Below, piece after piece: positions 1 to 9,010 of a stretch of 64,000 nt of DNA. The translations under genes were made by a program, and so were the position numbers. Each line of letters begins with the position of its first letter. The first letter of the stretch is position 1. Source of the stretch: a bacterium (GTDB taxonomy: Bacteria; Patescibacteriota; Gracilibacteria; JAUYGZ01); the NCBI GenBank assembly GCA_030690415.1, contig JAUYGZ010000008.1, positions 47,281-111,280 on the forward strand. Reading direction: 5' to 3'. Below the pieces are notes generated by a model, which was not told where the DNA came from, did no database searches, and saw nothing but the letters and a program-made list of their open reading frames with translations.

Positions 1-1
1 A

Positions 2-850
2 ATGCAAGGCGACAAGCGGTCTGTCCGAATGCTCAGTGATCTCATCGACGAATCAGTCGATCACGTGATCGTCGCTGATCACGGCCTGGAAAGCTATGAG
101 GCGACTTTGAAAGCGATTGCACTCCGAAAAAAGCTTTCTTTAGCCAATAAGGAACTGATCATCGCTCATGGCAAAGACCTGATATATTTTGCACAGGAAC
201 AGCGTGTCCAGGTAATTCCGCTCGATAGTGAACACAATGCCTTGTTTCAGTGCTTGCAAGGAGAACAGATTTCGGATGTTCGTCGTCTGATTATTACGGC
301 ATCAGGAGGGCCGTTTTTAAATAAAAGAAGCGAGGAACTGAAGAACGTTTCTGTCGAGGATGTTTTATGTCATCCGAATTGGTCAATGGGGAAGAAGACC
401 ACAGTCGACAGCGCGACCCTGGTGAACAAGGCCTTCGAGGTCATTGAAACGCATATTCTGTTTGATATCCCTTACGAACAGATCGAAGTCCGTCTACATC
501 CCGAAAGTATCATTCATGCCATCATCGAATTTAAGGATGGAAGCTCCAAAATGCTCGCGTATCAACCGGACATGCGCTTCGCCATCGGTTATGCGCTCTT
601 TTATCCGAACAGGGCTCCTGAGTCGCTCAGTGGAAGTGAAAGAGATTTTTTTGACTACGATCGGGATCTTCACTTGAGTCGAATCGAGGAAGGACAGTTT
701 CCCTGCTTTGATCTGGTGATGGAGTCTGCGAAAATGAAACCACGGAGTTTAAGAAGACTAATAGAAAATGATATGCTTGCCGTTGATCAATTTTTATCTG
801 GTGATATAGACTTTCCTCACATATTGCAATCTTTAAAGCAGAATCTATGA
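2..850 (+). CDS. dxr: 1-deoxy-D-xylulose 5-phosphate reductoisomerase (5' partial)
   Basis: Motifs LANKE, PLDSEHNALFQCL, TASGGPF, HPNWSMGKKTTVDSATLVNK; N-terminus lies outside the window. Confidence 0.95.
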   Translation: MQGDKRSVRMLSDLIDESVDHVIVADHGLESYEATLKAIALRKKLSLANKELIIAHGKDLIYFAQEQRVQVIPLDSEHNALFQCLQGEQISDVRRLIITASGGPFLNKRSEELKNVSVEDVLCHPNWSMGKKTTVDSATLVNKAFEVIETHILFDIPYEQIEVRLHPESIIHAIIEFKDGSSKMLAYQPDMRFAIGYALFYPNRAPESLSGSERDFFDYDRDLHLSRIEEGQFPCFDLVMESAKMKPRSLRRLIENDMLAVDQFLSGDIDFPHILQSLKQNL

Positions 851-1320
851 GTTTTCGGAGAATCTTTGAAACTATGAAGCATTTTTATTTCTTTGAGTGG
901 AGAGGGAGTGAGAGACCCAGTCCAGCCTTTCAAGGGGAAGTAATTCAGATCTCTCGCTCGGCTTGGAATCATATTACTTCTTCTCCAAAGCGCTCACGAT
1001 CAGAGATTCTCGTGAGACTTACTTTATTACCATTAGCACGAGAACTTATTGAGAAGAGCACTTTTATCCAGACGTATCGATGTGAGGAAAAGTATGAATA
1101 CTGGTCTCTCCAAGGCCTTTTTGATGAATTGCCAGTGAGAGTCGTCGTTCGATCTCTCAACAAAGGCCCCAAACACCTCTACAGCGTCTTCAGGCCACTC
1201 CCAAATCTTCATTCTCGAAGACACAAAAAAGAGCCCCTCTCCCGCTTGGCTCCGCGGAGCGGAGTTGGCGGTGCCGAGCATTTAAGCTCCGGGGCCGAAG
1301 TAAATCTAACACATGACTAA
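847..1320 (+). CDS. Hypothetical protein, putative BECR/RelE-like (LPD3/PBECR-type) RNase; start could be 874
   Basis: Pattern IQISRSAWNHI...RLTLLPLARELIE...YEYWSL...VRVVVR...KHLYSVF resembles a BECR-fold nuclease; ATGA overlap with the dxr stop; C-terminal tail reads through an antisense structured RNA. Confidence 0.5.
   Translation: MSFRRIFETMKHFYFFEWRGSERPSPAFQGEVIQISRSAWNHITSSPKRSRSEILVRLTLLPLARELIEKSTFIQTYRCEEKYEYWSLQGLFDELPVRVVVRSLNKGPKHLYSVFRPLPNLHSRRHKKEPLSRLAPRSGVGGAEHLSSGAEVNLTHD
1225..1296 (-). ncRNA. Candidate 72-nt structured small RNA convergent on the upstream RNase-like ORF
   Basis: GGCCCC/GGGGCU closing stem, internal hairpins, U6 tail; promoter places +1 at about 1296. Confidence 0.55.
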
Positions 1321-1331
1321 CCATTTTTCAA
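1303..1331 (-). promoter_or_regulatory. sigma70-type promoter for the antisense small RNA
   Basis: TTGAAA (1331-1326), 17-bp spacer, TAGATT (1308-1303). Confidence 0.55.
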
Positions 1332-2458
1332 TGAATTCAAGCATTATCATCGTCGCCGCGGGATCCGGATCCCGATTTGGACAACCGAAGCTCTTTGTTC
1401 AGCTCGCCGGTAAGACCCTGCTGGAATGGAATCTGGAGGTGATTCAGCACCTGAACTTCGAAAAAGAAGTGGTGATCGTCCTCCAACCGGAGCACCGTGA
1501 GAAGGTTCGGGTAATTGTAGATCGGTTTCCTGAACTGGACGTAAAGTTTGCAGATGGAGGAAAGGAGCGCATTGATTCCTCTCGTAACGGACTTGCGGCG
1601 AGTTCTGGGGATATCGTCATGCTCCACAACGTGGCCAACCCGATGGTTCAGCCACAAGATTATCAGCAACTTCATGATCTTCTCGTCAAACAGGACGCCG
1701 CTTGTTTTGTCGGGATCAAGGCCGTAGATACCCTGAGAAGAATTCAGGGAGGGGAATCTCAGACGATTGATCGAACTGATGTCTGGAGAGTCCAGACCCC
1801 TCAGGGATTTCGTCGGTCAATCCTGATCAAGGTTCTTGAAACGAAATCTGATCATGCCACGGACGAAGTCATGATGTTTGAAGGTAGCGATATTCCGATT
1901 CGGGCCTTTGAAACTTCACCGTTGAACCAAAAGATCACTTACCCCGCTGATCTCGAGCTGCTTGAGCGGTATTTGACGAATGATGTTCTGGTCGGGATTG
2001 GTGAGGATTCCCATCGATTTGGAGAAGCTGGGATACTCATCCTCGGCGGAATTGAAGTTGAAGGGATGCCTCGTTTATTCGGAAATTCTGATGCCGATGT
2101 CATCCTCCACGCACTCTACAACGCGATTAGTTCAGCACTGGGTGAGCGATCGATAGCTGTCGTCTCGGACCCAATGTGCCTGGAGGAGGGGATTACGGAT
2201 TCATCTGAATATCTCCAGGTTGTTCTAGCTCGCGTAAGGGAGTTGGGATATCGCTTCAACAATATCTCGATCAGCCTGGAATGCCAGAAGCCGAAAATCG
2301 AACCCCTCGTCGATCGTATGAAAGAGCGATTATCTGAATTACTCGACCTTGATCCTGCTCGAATTGGGATCACGGCCACAAGTGGGGAGGGGATGAGTCG
2401 TGAAGGGATGGGAGAGGGCATTCGGTGCAGCTCAACGGTCTCTTTAATTCGACTCTGA
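1331..2458 (+). CDS. ispDF: Bifunctional IspD/IspF
   Basis: AAGSGSRFG and VQTPQGF (IspD); GIGEDSH, SDADVILHA and GITATSGE (IspF). Confidence 0.93.
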   Translation: MNSSIIIVAAGSGSRFGQPKLFVQLAGKTLLEWNLEVIQHLNFEKEVVIVLQPEHREKVRVIVDRFPELDVKFADGGKERIDSSRNGLAASSGDIVMLHNVANPMVQPQDYQQLHDLLVKQDAACFVGIKAVDTLRRIQGGESQTIDRTDVWRVQTPQGFRRSILIKVLETKSDHATDEVMMFEGSDIPIRAFETSPLNQKITYPADLELLERYLTNDVLVGIGEDSHRFGEAGILILGGIEVEGMPRLFGNSDADVILHALYNAISSALGERSIAVVSDPMCLEEGITDSSEYLQVVLARVRELGYRFNNISISLECQKPKIEPLVDRMKERLSELLDLDPARIGITATSGEGMSREGMGEGIRCSSTVSLIRL

Positions 2459-3210
2459 TGCCTCATCTCAACTCTCCCTCTAAAATAAACCTGACGCTTG
2501 ATGTGATGGGACGCGACGAACGAGCCGGAAAGCATTTTGTGAATACCGTTTTTTATATTGATGAAACCATTTTTGACGAGATTGAAGTCAGGCCTAAATT
2601 GGGTGGTGTGAAGAATCTGATTCACTGCGATTATCCAGCAGTTCCGCTGGACGAGACAAACACGATTTCTAAGGCTTTGGAACTTCTTGGGATAAGAGGA
2701 GCTGAGGTCATGATAAGAAAACGAATTCCTATTAAGGCCGGACTGGGAGGAGGGAGCAGCAATGCGGCAGCGGTCTTGAAGCACTTTGGCGAACAAAAGG
2801 GGATTCCACTCTTCCAACTTCAGGAGCTTGCCACACAGATCGGAGCAGACGTGCCCGTCTTCCTTGCAGAGGGAAATGTCGTGTACTGCGAGGGCTTCGG
2901 CGACAAGATTATTCAGAGCTGGCAGATCAACCCGCTAAAGATTAAGTACCTGGAAACTGGCATGGAAGTCTCCACACCTGAAGCCTATGCCCGACTTGAT
3001 CTCGATCAGTGCGGCCGGAATTCCGTGAAGACAGAGGCTCTCATTCAGGTGCTGAACGCTCCTTCTGGAATTACTGCAAAGGAGCTCGCTTCCTATGTTC
3101 ACAATGATTTTGAAGATTCTTTCTTTGAGGCCAGTCCCCAGTGGAAAGGAAAGGGGAATCTCTGTGGGAGTGGGGGGATGCTGTGGAGCATTCAGCATAA
3201 TGGAAGATGA
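2458..3210 (+). CDS. ispE: 4-diphosphocytidyl-2-C-methyl-D-erythritol kinase
   Basis: PSKINLTL, KRIPIKAGLGGGSSNAAA, IGADVP; TGATG coupling to ispDF. Confidence 0.93.
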   Translation: MPHLNSPSKINLTLDVMGRDERAGKHFVNTVFYIDETIFDEIEVRPKLGGVKNLIHCDYPAVPLDETNTISKALELLGIRGAEVMIRKRIPIKAGLGGGSSNAAAVLKHFGEQKGIPLFQLQELATQIGADVPVFLAEGNVVYCEGFGDKIIQSWQINPLKIKYLETGMEVSTPEAYARLDLDQCGRNSVKTEALIQVLNAPSGITAKELASYVHNDFEDSFFEASPQWKGKGNLCGSGGMLWSIQHNGR

Positions 3211-3276
3211 CTAGAAAATGAGAAGATGTGAAGAATAGGAGGGGGCGAGTGGAACGAGTAGGGCGGTGGAGGGGGG

Positions 3277-3304
3277 CCGCAAAAACGTTCCCACGTTTTT
3301 GCGG
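3277..3304. repeat. Perfect 12-bp inverted repeat
   Basis: CCGCAAAAACGT-tccc-ACGTTTTTGCGG. Confidence 0.8.
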
Positions 3305-3375
3305 AGAGGAGTCCGAAAACAAAATTGAAGAAGCCTTCGAAGAAGGATTCGGAAATGGAGATTTCGTGACGACGA

Positions 3376-3489
3376 TGGTGGGCAGTGAGGGACTTCTCTC
3401 GACTTCACTCCGTTCCGCTCGAGACAGGCTTCTCGTCCCTCACTGGTTTAAGGGTTGTCACCCTGAGCGAGTGCTAGCAAGTCGAAGGG
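3376..3489 (-). repeat. 19-bp duplication of the tRNA-Tyr 3' end with REP-like hairpins in between
   Basis: TGGTGGGCAGTGAGGGACT at 3376-3394 repeats 3490-3508; gtcaccctgagc...gtcgaaggg REP-like unit lies between the copies. Confidence 0.85.
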
Positions 3490-3575
3490 TGGTGGGCAGT
3501 GAGGGACTCGAACCCCCGTAGGCGTAAGCCAGCAGATTTACAGTCTGCCCCATTTGACCACTCTGGTAACTGCCC
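3490..3575 (-). tRNA. tRNA-Tyr(GTA)
   Basis: GGGCAGTTACCAGAGTGG...GCAGA CTGTAAA TCTGC...long variable arm...GGTTCGAGTCC...CCA. Confidence 0.97.
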
Positions 3576-3601
3576 GGGCACGATATTGCCCTGAGAGGGT
3601 A

Positions 3602-6600
3602 TCAAATATCTGTCCCCTGAGGAAGAGTTTTTTCTGTATTCACTCCTTCAGCAAAACGCTCATAAAGCATTGGAACGAAAATCAATGTGAGGACGGTCGC
3701 AAAAGTCAGACCAAAAATGATCGTGAAGCCCAGTGGTCCCCAGATAGGTTCGCTTAGGGTCAAAGGCAAGATACCAAAAACAGTCGTCACGGTCGTGAGG
3801 ATCACCGGTTGAAGTCGGGATACGGCTGCCTCTACCACGGCCTTGTGGCGAAGCATCCCCGCTCTGAGATTGTTGTTCATCTGATCGATCAGAATAATGG
3901 CATCATTTACGACGATCCCCACGAGAGCTACAATCCCAATAAAGGCCGGGAAGCTCAGAGATTGGCCTGTAATGGCCAGTCCTGGAAAGACTCCGATCAT
4001 GGCAAAAGGTAGAGATACCATAATGAAGAATGGCTGTCGAAAAGAATTGAACTGGAGCACCAGAATACTGGCGATCAGAAAGACTCCGATGATCATCGCC
4101 CGGTACATATCTCCGAAAGATTGCTGGACTTCCTCTCTCTCTCCTCCAAAGCTCACCTGGTATTCTTCTGGGATATCGAGTTCGTCTTCTCTCTGCTCAA
4201 ATGCAGACACTATATCTCCCGGGTTGGCACCCGGGGTAGTCTGAGAAGTCACTTTTGAAATTCGGTCCCCCTCTTCATGCTGAATACTGTTTTGACTTCT
4301 TTGAAGGCTGGTATCCAATAGTGAGGCCAATGGGATTGTACCCCGTGGTGTTTGCATGGCGAGAAGTTGAATGTGATCAACTGAAGTCATCGTGCTTTCA
4401 TGAGTGTCGCTGCTGGAATGGTTGAGGTTCATCTTCACCAGAACCTCGACATCATTGCTTTCGATCTTGAGCGTCGTCGCATTCACTCCGAAGACTGCTG
4501 TTCGAATAAATTGGGCGATCTCGATTGGCGTCACTCCCACTTGTATGGCCTTTTGACGATTGATGTGAAAGGCATATTCGAAGGGACTATCCTTGATCGA
4601 ACGATCAATGTCTGCTGTTCCCTCGATACTTTCGAGAAGAGCTTCTCCTTCCTTCATCAAAGATTCCAGCTTGTTCAGATCCGGCCCACTGAAGGTGATT
4701 TCGACCGGAGCTCCTTGTGGAGGCCCTGCGTCTTGTTGACTCACGGTGACTCTGACCTGAGGATAGGATTTCATCTTTTCTCTATATTCTTCAACAATAA
4801 GCTCACTCGGTTCCCGATCTCCAGCCTCTACGAGGTTGACGGTAAACCTCGCGAGATGGCCACTCGACCCGCTCGAAGACGTGGACTGTCCACCAGCCGA
4901 TCCAACCGTGCTCACGAAGGAAAGAATTCGTATATCTTGATAAAGGAGGTTTTCGAGCTCCCGAGTATACTGATCGGTCTGCTCCACAACTGTCCCAATC
5001 GGAGCCTCAATCTGTATTGAAAACTGGTCCAGATCCGGGGTGGGGAACAACTCAATTTTGACCGCACCTAAAAAGGGAAGTGACATAGCAAATACGAAAG
5101 CTCCAACCATGAGTACTGAAAAGATTCTCTTCTCCTTTTTGTTCCCCAAAAAATGTTCCAATCTTACCCTGTACCAGGTTGCCATGTGATCGATGAAGAC
5201 CACCCTCTTCTTTTTTTCAGAAGGTTTATCGTGCTTGAAGAGACCTTTGAGAAATCGTGAGCCCAACACAGGAGTGACTCCCAAAGCTACAAAAAGAGAG
5301 GATATCAGCACAATGCTGACGGTCACGGGGATGGTTCGAATAAACTGACCCGTCACACCCGAGGCGAAGATCATGGGAAAAAAGGCTGAAACGGTCGTCA
5401 TAACCCCTGAGATAATAGGCCATTGGAATTCATGAATGGTATCCTTTGCTGCCTGAATCGCTGATTTTCCCCGGTTAATTTGTTCGTGCATACCCTCCAC
5501 CATCACGATCGCGGCATCGACCAGAATCCCGAGAGAAAGGATCAGCGAAAAGAGCGTGAGAAAATTGAGGGTAAATCCCAAAGCTGAAAGTGCCGTCAAA
5601 GCGATCAGAAAAGTAAATGGAATACTCATTCCCGCGAGCCCCGCTTCACTCAGGCCCAGGAAGAAAAAGAGCAGCAAAAATACGATAATCACCGTTTGTG
5701 TCCCGTTCCAAAGCAGATTGTTCAAACTTTTTCGGATCTCTTTGGCCTGGTTGAATGAAACGAAGACTTCAGCAGTGCTGAGTGCTCCCTTTTGAAGCTC
5801 AGCAACCGTCGACTCAACCTGATCGAGCACCCTGAGGATGTCGGCACCGTCTTGCTTAAAAATCTCTATCCCCACGGATGATTGCGCTGGCCGCCCCTCC
5901 ACGCTGAGTCGGGAAATCGTCGTAATGTCTTTCAGCCCATCGGTCATCGTCGCCAGGTCCTGAACCAGGACAGGAAATCCGCCTCGGGTCGTCACCGGAA
6001 TGAAAGGTATAATGCCCGTGTCTTTCAGGCCTCCTTCGAAACGGAGCGTGTATTGCGTGTTATTTTGCTCGATACTTCCCAGGGGAAACTGCGCGTCATT
6101 TTGCTGGATGGCTCTGACGATCTCCGAGAGTGATACCTCATAGTGCTCCAGTTTGCTCTGGTCAACGATGATTTGAATTTCCCGGTCTCTTGCTCCGGTG
6201 ATCTTGGCTTCCTGAATCCCTGAAATTTTTTCTACTGCGTTTTGAAATGTTTCCGCCATATCTTTGAGATCCACTTCGGTGACCGGAGCGGACAATGAGA
6301 AGATCATGATCGGTTGATCGGAAAAACTGACCTGCTGAACATTTGGAGTTTCAGCATCCTGAGGGAGATCCGGCATTGCACTGTCTACGGCATCTTTAAG
6401 CGCCTGAATACGGTCCCTGATCTCCGCGTCAGCATTGAATTCCACCACAATCGATGAAAAACCTTCTGTAGAAGTTGAGGTGTAGCTTTTGACATCATCA
6501 AGATTCTCGATTTCCTTTTCGATTTCATTGGTGATCAATTCCTCCACATCAAGCGCACTGGCTCCCGGGTAGTGCGTATTGACGACTCCCACGGGAACAA

Positions 6601-6724
6601 TGACCTGAGGATCGGATTCCTTGGGCATCATCATGATCGAGAAGGTCCCCAAAAGAACTATCGACGCGATGATCACGTAGCTGAATCGAAAATGGTCGAT
6701 AAAGAAGTTCCAGAGGTGGTTCAT
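3602..6724 (-). CDS. RND efflux permease (AcrB/AcrD/AcrF family)
   Basis: 1040 aa; GILVDAAIVMVE, GIVVNDAIILID, SRLQPVILTT. Confidence 0.95.
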   Translation of the reverse strand: MNHLWNFFIDHFRFSYVIIASIVLLGTFSIMMMPKESDPQVIVPVGVVNTHYPGASALDVEELITNEIEKEIENLDDVKSYTSTSTEGFSSIVVEFNADAEIRDRIQALKDAVDSAMPDLPQDAETPNVQQVSFSDQPIMIFSLSAPVTEVDLKDMAETFQNAVEKISGIQEAKITGARDREIQIIVDQSKLEHYEVSLSEIVRAIQQNDAQFPLGSIEQNNTQYTLRFEGGLKDTGIIPFIPVTTRGGFPVLVQDLATMTDGLKDITTISRLSVEGRPAQSSVGIEIFKQDGADILRVLDQVESTVAELQKGALSTAEVFVSFNQAKEIRKSLNNLLWNGTQTVIIVFLLLFFFLGLSEAGLAGMSIPFTFLIALTALSALGFTLNFLTLFSLILSLGILVDAAIVMVEGMHEQINRGKSAIQAAKDTIHEFQWPIISGVMTTVSAFFPMIFASGVTGQFIRTIPVTVSIVLISSLFVALGVTPVLGSRFLKGLFKHDKPSEKKKRVVFIDHMATWYRVRLEHFLGNKKEKRIFSVLMVGAFVFAMSLPFLGAVKIELFPTPDLDQFSIQIEAPIGTVVEQTDQYTRELENLLYQDIRILSFVSTVGSAGGQSTSSSGSSGHLARFTVNLVEAGDREPSELIVEEYREKMKSYPQVRVTVSQQDAGPPQGAPVEITFSGPDLNKLESLMKEGEALLESIEGTADIDRSIKDSPFEYAFHINRQKAIQVGVTPIEIAQFIRTAVFGVNATTLKIESNDVEVLVKMNLNHSSSDTHESTMTSVDHIQLLAMQTPRGTIPLASLLDTSLQRSQNSIQHEEGDRISKVTSQTTPGANPGDIVSAFEQREDELDIPEEYQVSFGGEREEVQQSFGDMYRAMIIGVFLIASILVLQFNSFRQPFFIMVSLPFAMIGVFPGLAITGQSLSFPAFIGIVALVGIVVNDAIILIDQMNNNLRAGMLRHKAVVEAAVSRLQPVILTTVTTVFGILPLTLSEPIWGPLGFTIIFGLTFATVLTLIFVPMLYERFAEGVNTEKTLPQGTDI

Positions 6725-6744
6725 GAGGAGGGGGGGGGGAAGGA

Positions 6745-8706
6745 CTATTGGGAAGGTTGGGAAGGTTGGGAGGGTTGGGACTGTAAGGAAAAAGAGGAAG
6801 ATTTAGCCTCTTCAATGGTCACCTCTTCACCTTCTCGAAGGCCTGATACCTTCGGAATAATAAGCTGATCATCTGTGATTCCCTCTACTTCCACCAAGTC
6901 TCCTCTGACGCTTTTAACCGTGATTGAGATCGCCTGAACTTCGCTTTGATCGTTTACCGTGAAGACAAAAGACTGATCCTGCGTTACTTTCAACGCTGAA
7001 ATAGGCACATATCGATTGTCAGGACTGAGCTGAGTCGCAAACTCGAGGAACACGGTTTGTCCTATGAGCAGTAGCTCATAGCCTTCCGCTAGACTCACGG
7101 TGACTTCCACTTTTTTGGTCTCTGTATCAACCGCTGGAGAAATCAAAGTCACTTTTCCTTTGGCATCTGAACCCTGGATGCGGACTTGTATTCCGGCAGT
7201 GCCCAGAAGCTCCGTGTCCGTCTCAGGAATAAAGGTCTGAACTTCAATTGCTCCTTCATTCGCGATGAGCGCGATCACCTCTCCAGTGTTGACATAGTCA
7301 CCATAATCAATCTTGAGGCTCATGACTGATCCGCCGATCGGTGTGGAAATAATGCTCATATTCCGACTGATGGTCGCAAGTGACACTTCCGCCCGCGCCT
7401 GCTGTACAGATGCTTCCTGGGCCCGTACATCTTCATCCCGGGCTCCTTTCTGAGAAATCTCGAGCTGCAGCTCCATCTGACGAATATTACTTCGCTGAAT
7501 CTCAAGCTGCTCTTCTGTCGCGCTTACTTTCTTCAGATCCAACTCTCTTTCGAGCAAGTGAACTGCATTTTCTCTTTCGCTCACGAGATTCTCAGCGTTG
7601 TCGAGGCTCGTCGTGTTTAGAACCACTTGCGTTTTTAAGGTTTCAAGATGACTTCTGAGGATAGACAGTTCTGATTCAATCTCTGATTGTGCCGTAGTGA
7701 CCTGCATTTTCAATGCTGCTAATTCATCATTTGATATTTGACGGTCCCTGAAATCAACAATGATGGAATAAGTTCCTTTCACCATCTCAAAGACCTGCGT
7801 CAGAAAGCTCTGAATTTTTTCGAGCTCTTCCAGAGTTGTTTCCAGCTTGTCCACAGCTTCATCAGTTTCGAGACTACGAGATATTTCGTCAGCAAGAACC
7901 TGAACTTTGAGTGAAGCCTGCCAAGCATCATTGCAGGCTTGGACGATATTTCCGGAATAAACAGATAAAACATGAAGCCTGCAGTTGAGAGTTCCTGGGA
8001 AGGCATCCGGATAGATGATCTCCTGAAGGGTTTGTCCCAAAATCTTCTTCACGGTCGAGCTCGCTGAACGGATCCTGTCAGGAGTGTTCACCAACAGGGT
8101 GTGAAGACTCCGCTCATTCGTCTGACGGGCGTTTTCAAGACTTTTCCTGGCATCGACAAGACTCTGTTGCGCATTCTTCAACTGCGTAAGCGTGATTTCC
8201 ACTTCTTCAGGTCGCGCCCCTCGCTCGAGCTCTGAAAGTCGCTGCTGCTCTGAATTCAGTTTTTCCTGAAGAATTGCTATCTCCTCGGGGCGATCTCCCA
8301 TTCGGAGCCTGTCCAGGCTAGCCTGAGCTGAGCTAAGTCTGGCCTCTGCCTGGAGGACTTGGGCATCAAGTGTCTGGTGGTCGATCTCAGCAATCAGTCC
8401 TCCAGCTCCAATGCGATCACCTTCCCGCACAAACAAACCGGTAATTTTTCCATTGCTTTCCGCTCTGATCTCTACCTGCTGCGCCGACTGAACGGTCCCA
8501 ATGGTTATCACTTTGGCCGGCTCCTGGATAAAGGAGCTGACTTGAACCAGCGAGACGGATTTTAGTGTTTTCTCTGGCTCTGTGACGAGGATCTCCTCTG
8601 TTTGAACTGAATACGCCACAATACCCCCTAAAAGAGCAAGAATGAAAGCTCCTGAAACGAGTTTCTTCCGCTGACGGAAGAAGGGAATGGCTGAAATAAG
8701 ACGCAT
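6745..8706 (-). CDS. RND periplasmic adaptor (HlyD/MFP) with long coiled coil
   Basis: N-terminal TM, split lipoyl motifs (GKITGLFVREGDRI; ISTPIGGSV), long helical hairpin; adjacent to the RND permease. Confidence 0.9.
   Translation of the reverse strand: MRLISAIPFFRQRKKLVSGAFILALLGGIVAYSVQTEEILVTEPEKTLKSVSLVQVSSFIQEPAKVITIGTVQSAQQVEIRAESNGKITGLFVREGDRIGAGGLIAEIDHQTLDAQVLQAEARLSSAQASLDRLRMGDRPEEIAILQEKLNSEQQRLSELERGARPEEVEITLTQLKNAQQSLVDARKSLENARQTNERSLHTLLVNTPDRIRSASSTVKKILGQTLQEIIYPDAFPGTLNCRLHVLSVYSGNIVQACNDAWQASLKVQVLADEISRSLETDEAVDKLETTLEELEKIQSFLTQVFEMVKGTYSIIVDFRDRQISNDELAALKMQVTTAQSEIESELSILRSHLETLKTQVVLNTTSLDNAENLVSERENAVHLLERELDLKKVSATEEQLEIQRSNIRQMELQLEISQKGARDEDVRAQEASVQQARAEVSLATISRNMSIISTPIGGSVMSLKIDYGDYVNTGEVIALIANEGAIEVQTFIPETDTELLGTAGIQVRIQGSDAKGKVTLISPAVDTETKKVEVTVSLAEGYELLLIGQTVFLEFATQLSPDNRYVPISALKVTQDQSFVFTVNDQSEVQAISITVKSVRGDLVEVEGITDDQLIIPKVSGLREGEEVTIEEAKSSSFSLQSQPSQPSQPSQ
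6748..6780. repeat. 9-bp tandem repeat (TTGGGAAGG) encoding (SQP)n at the MFP C-terminus
   Basis: ttgggaagg ttgggaagg ttgggaggg ttggga. Confidence 0.8.
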
Positions 8707-8767
8707 AAATTGAAATTTTTACGAGCCAATATTTGACCATAATATGTATTTTATTGCAAGTGTTTTG

Positions 8768-8864
8768 TGGAGCCACCTATCGGACTCGTTCTCCTTCGCT
8801 CCCAACTATTGGCGGAATCCTCCGTAGCTCGAACTGTGGAATCAGGAGGTGGAGCGGAGGAGGA
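8768..8864 (-). repeat. 21-bp duplication of the tRNA-Thr 3' end with a REP-like hairpin in between
   Basis: TGGAGCCACCTATCGGACTCG at 8768-8788 repeats 8865-8885; cctccgtagctc...gagcggaggagg between the copies. Confidence 0.85.
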
Positions 8865-8940
8865 TGGAGCCACCTATCGGACTCGAACCGATGACCCACG
8901 GTTTACAAAACCGTTGCTCTACCAACTGAGCTAAGGTGGC
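8865..8940 (-). tRNA. tRNA-Thr(TGT)
   Basis: GCCACCTTAGCTCAGTTGGTAGAGC-AACGG TTTGTAA ACCGT...GGTTCGAGTCC...CCA. Confidence 0.97.
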
Positions 8941-8967
8941 ACTCTCTTCCTTCTCGAGTACGCTAGC

Positions 8968-8993
8968 AAAAAACCTTCCGGGAGGAAAGGTTT
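8968..8993 (-). terminator. Probable intrinsic terminator after ORF 9011-9421
   Basis: AAACCTTtcctcccggAAGGTTT followed by a T-run on the minus strand. Confidence 0.55.
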
Positions 8994-9010
8994 CTTGATG
9001 ATAATCGTTC

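Noticed and set aside
3228-3521. 97-aa ORF
   Set aside because: Reads through palindromes and the antisense of tRNA-Tyr; likely spurious
4400-5020. Long antisense ORFs (also 2116-2817, 32554-33135, 55869-56678, 59694-60311)
   Set aside because: They overlap well-supported genes on the other strand and show no protein motifs
3376-8940. Integrative element spanning tRNA-Tyr to tRNA-Thr
   Set aside because: Each duplication lies about 100 bp from its own tRNA; no integrase; the efflux genes are not bracketed by matching att sites
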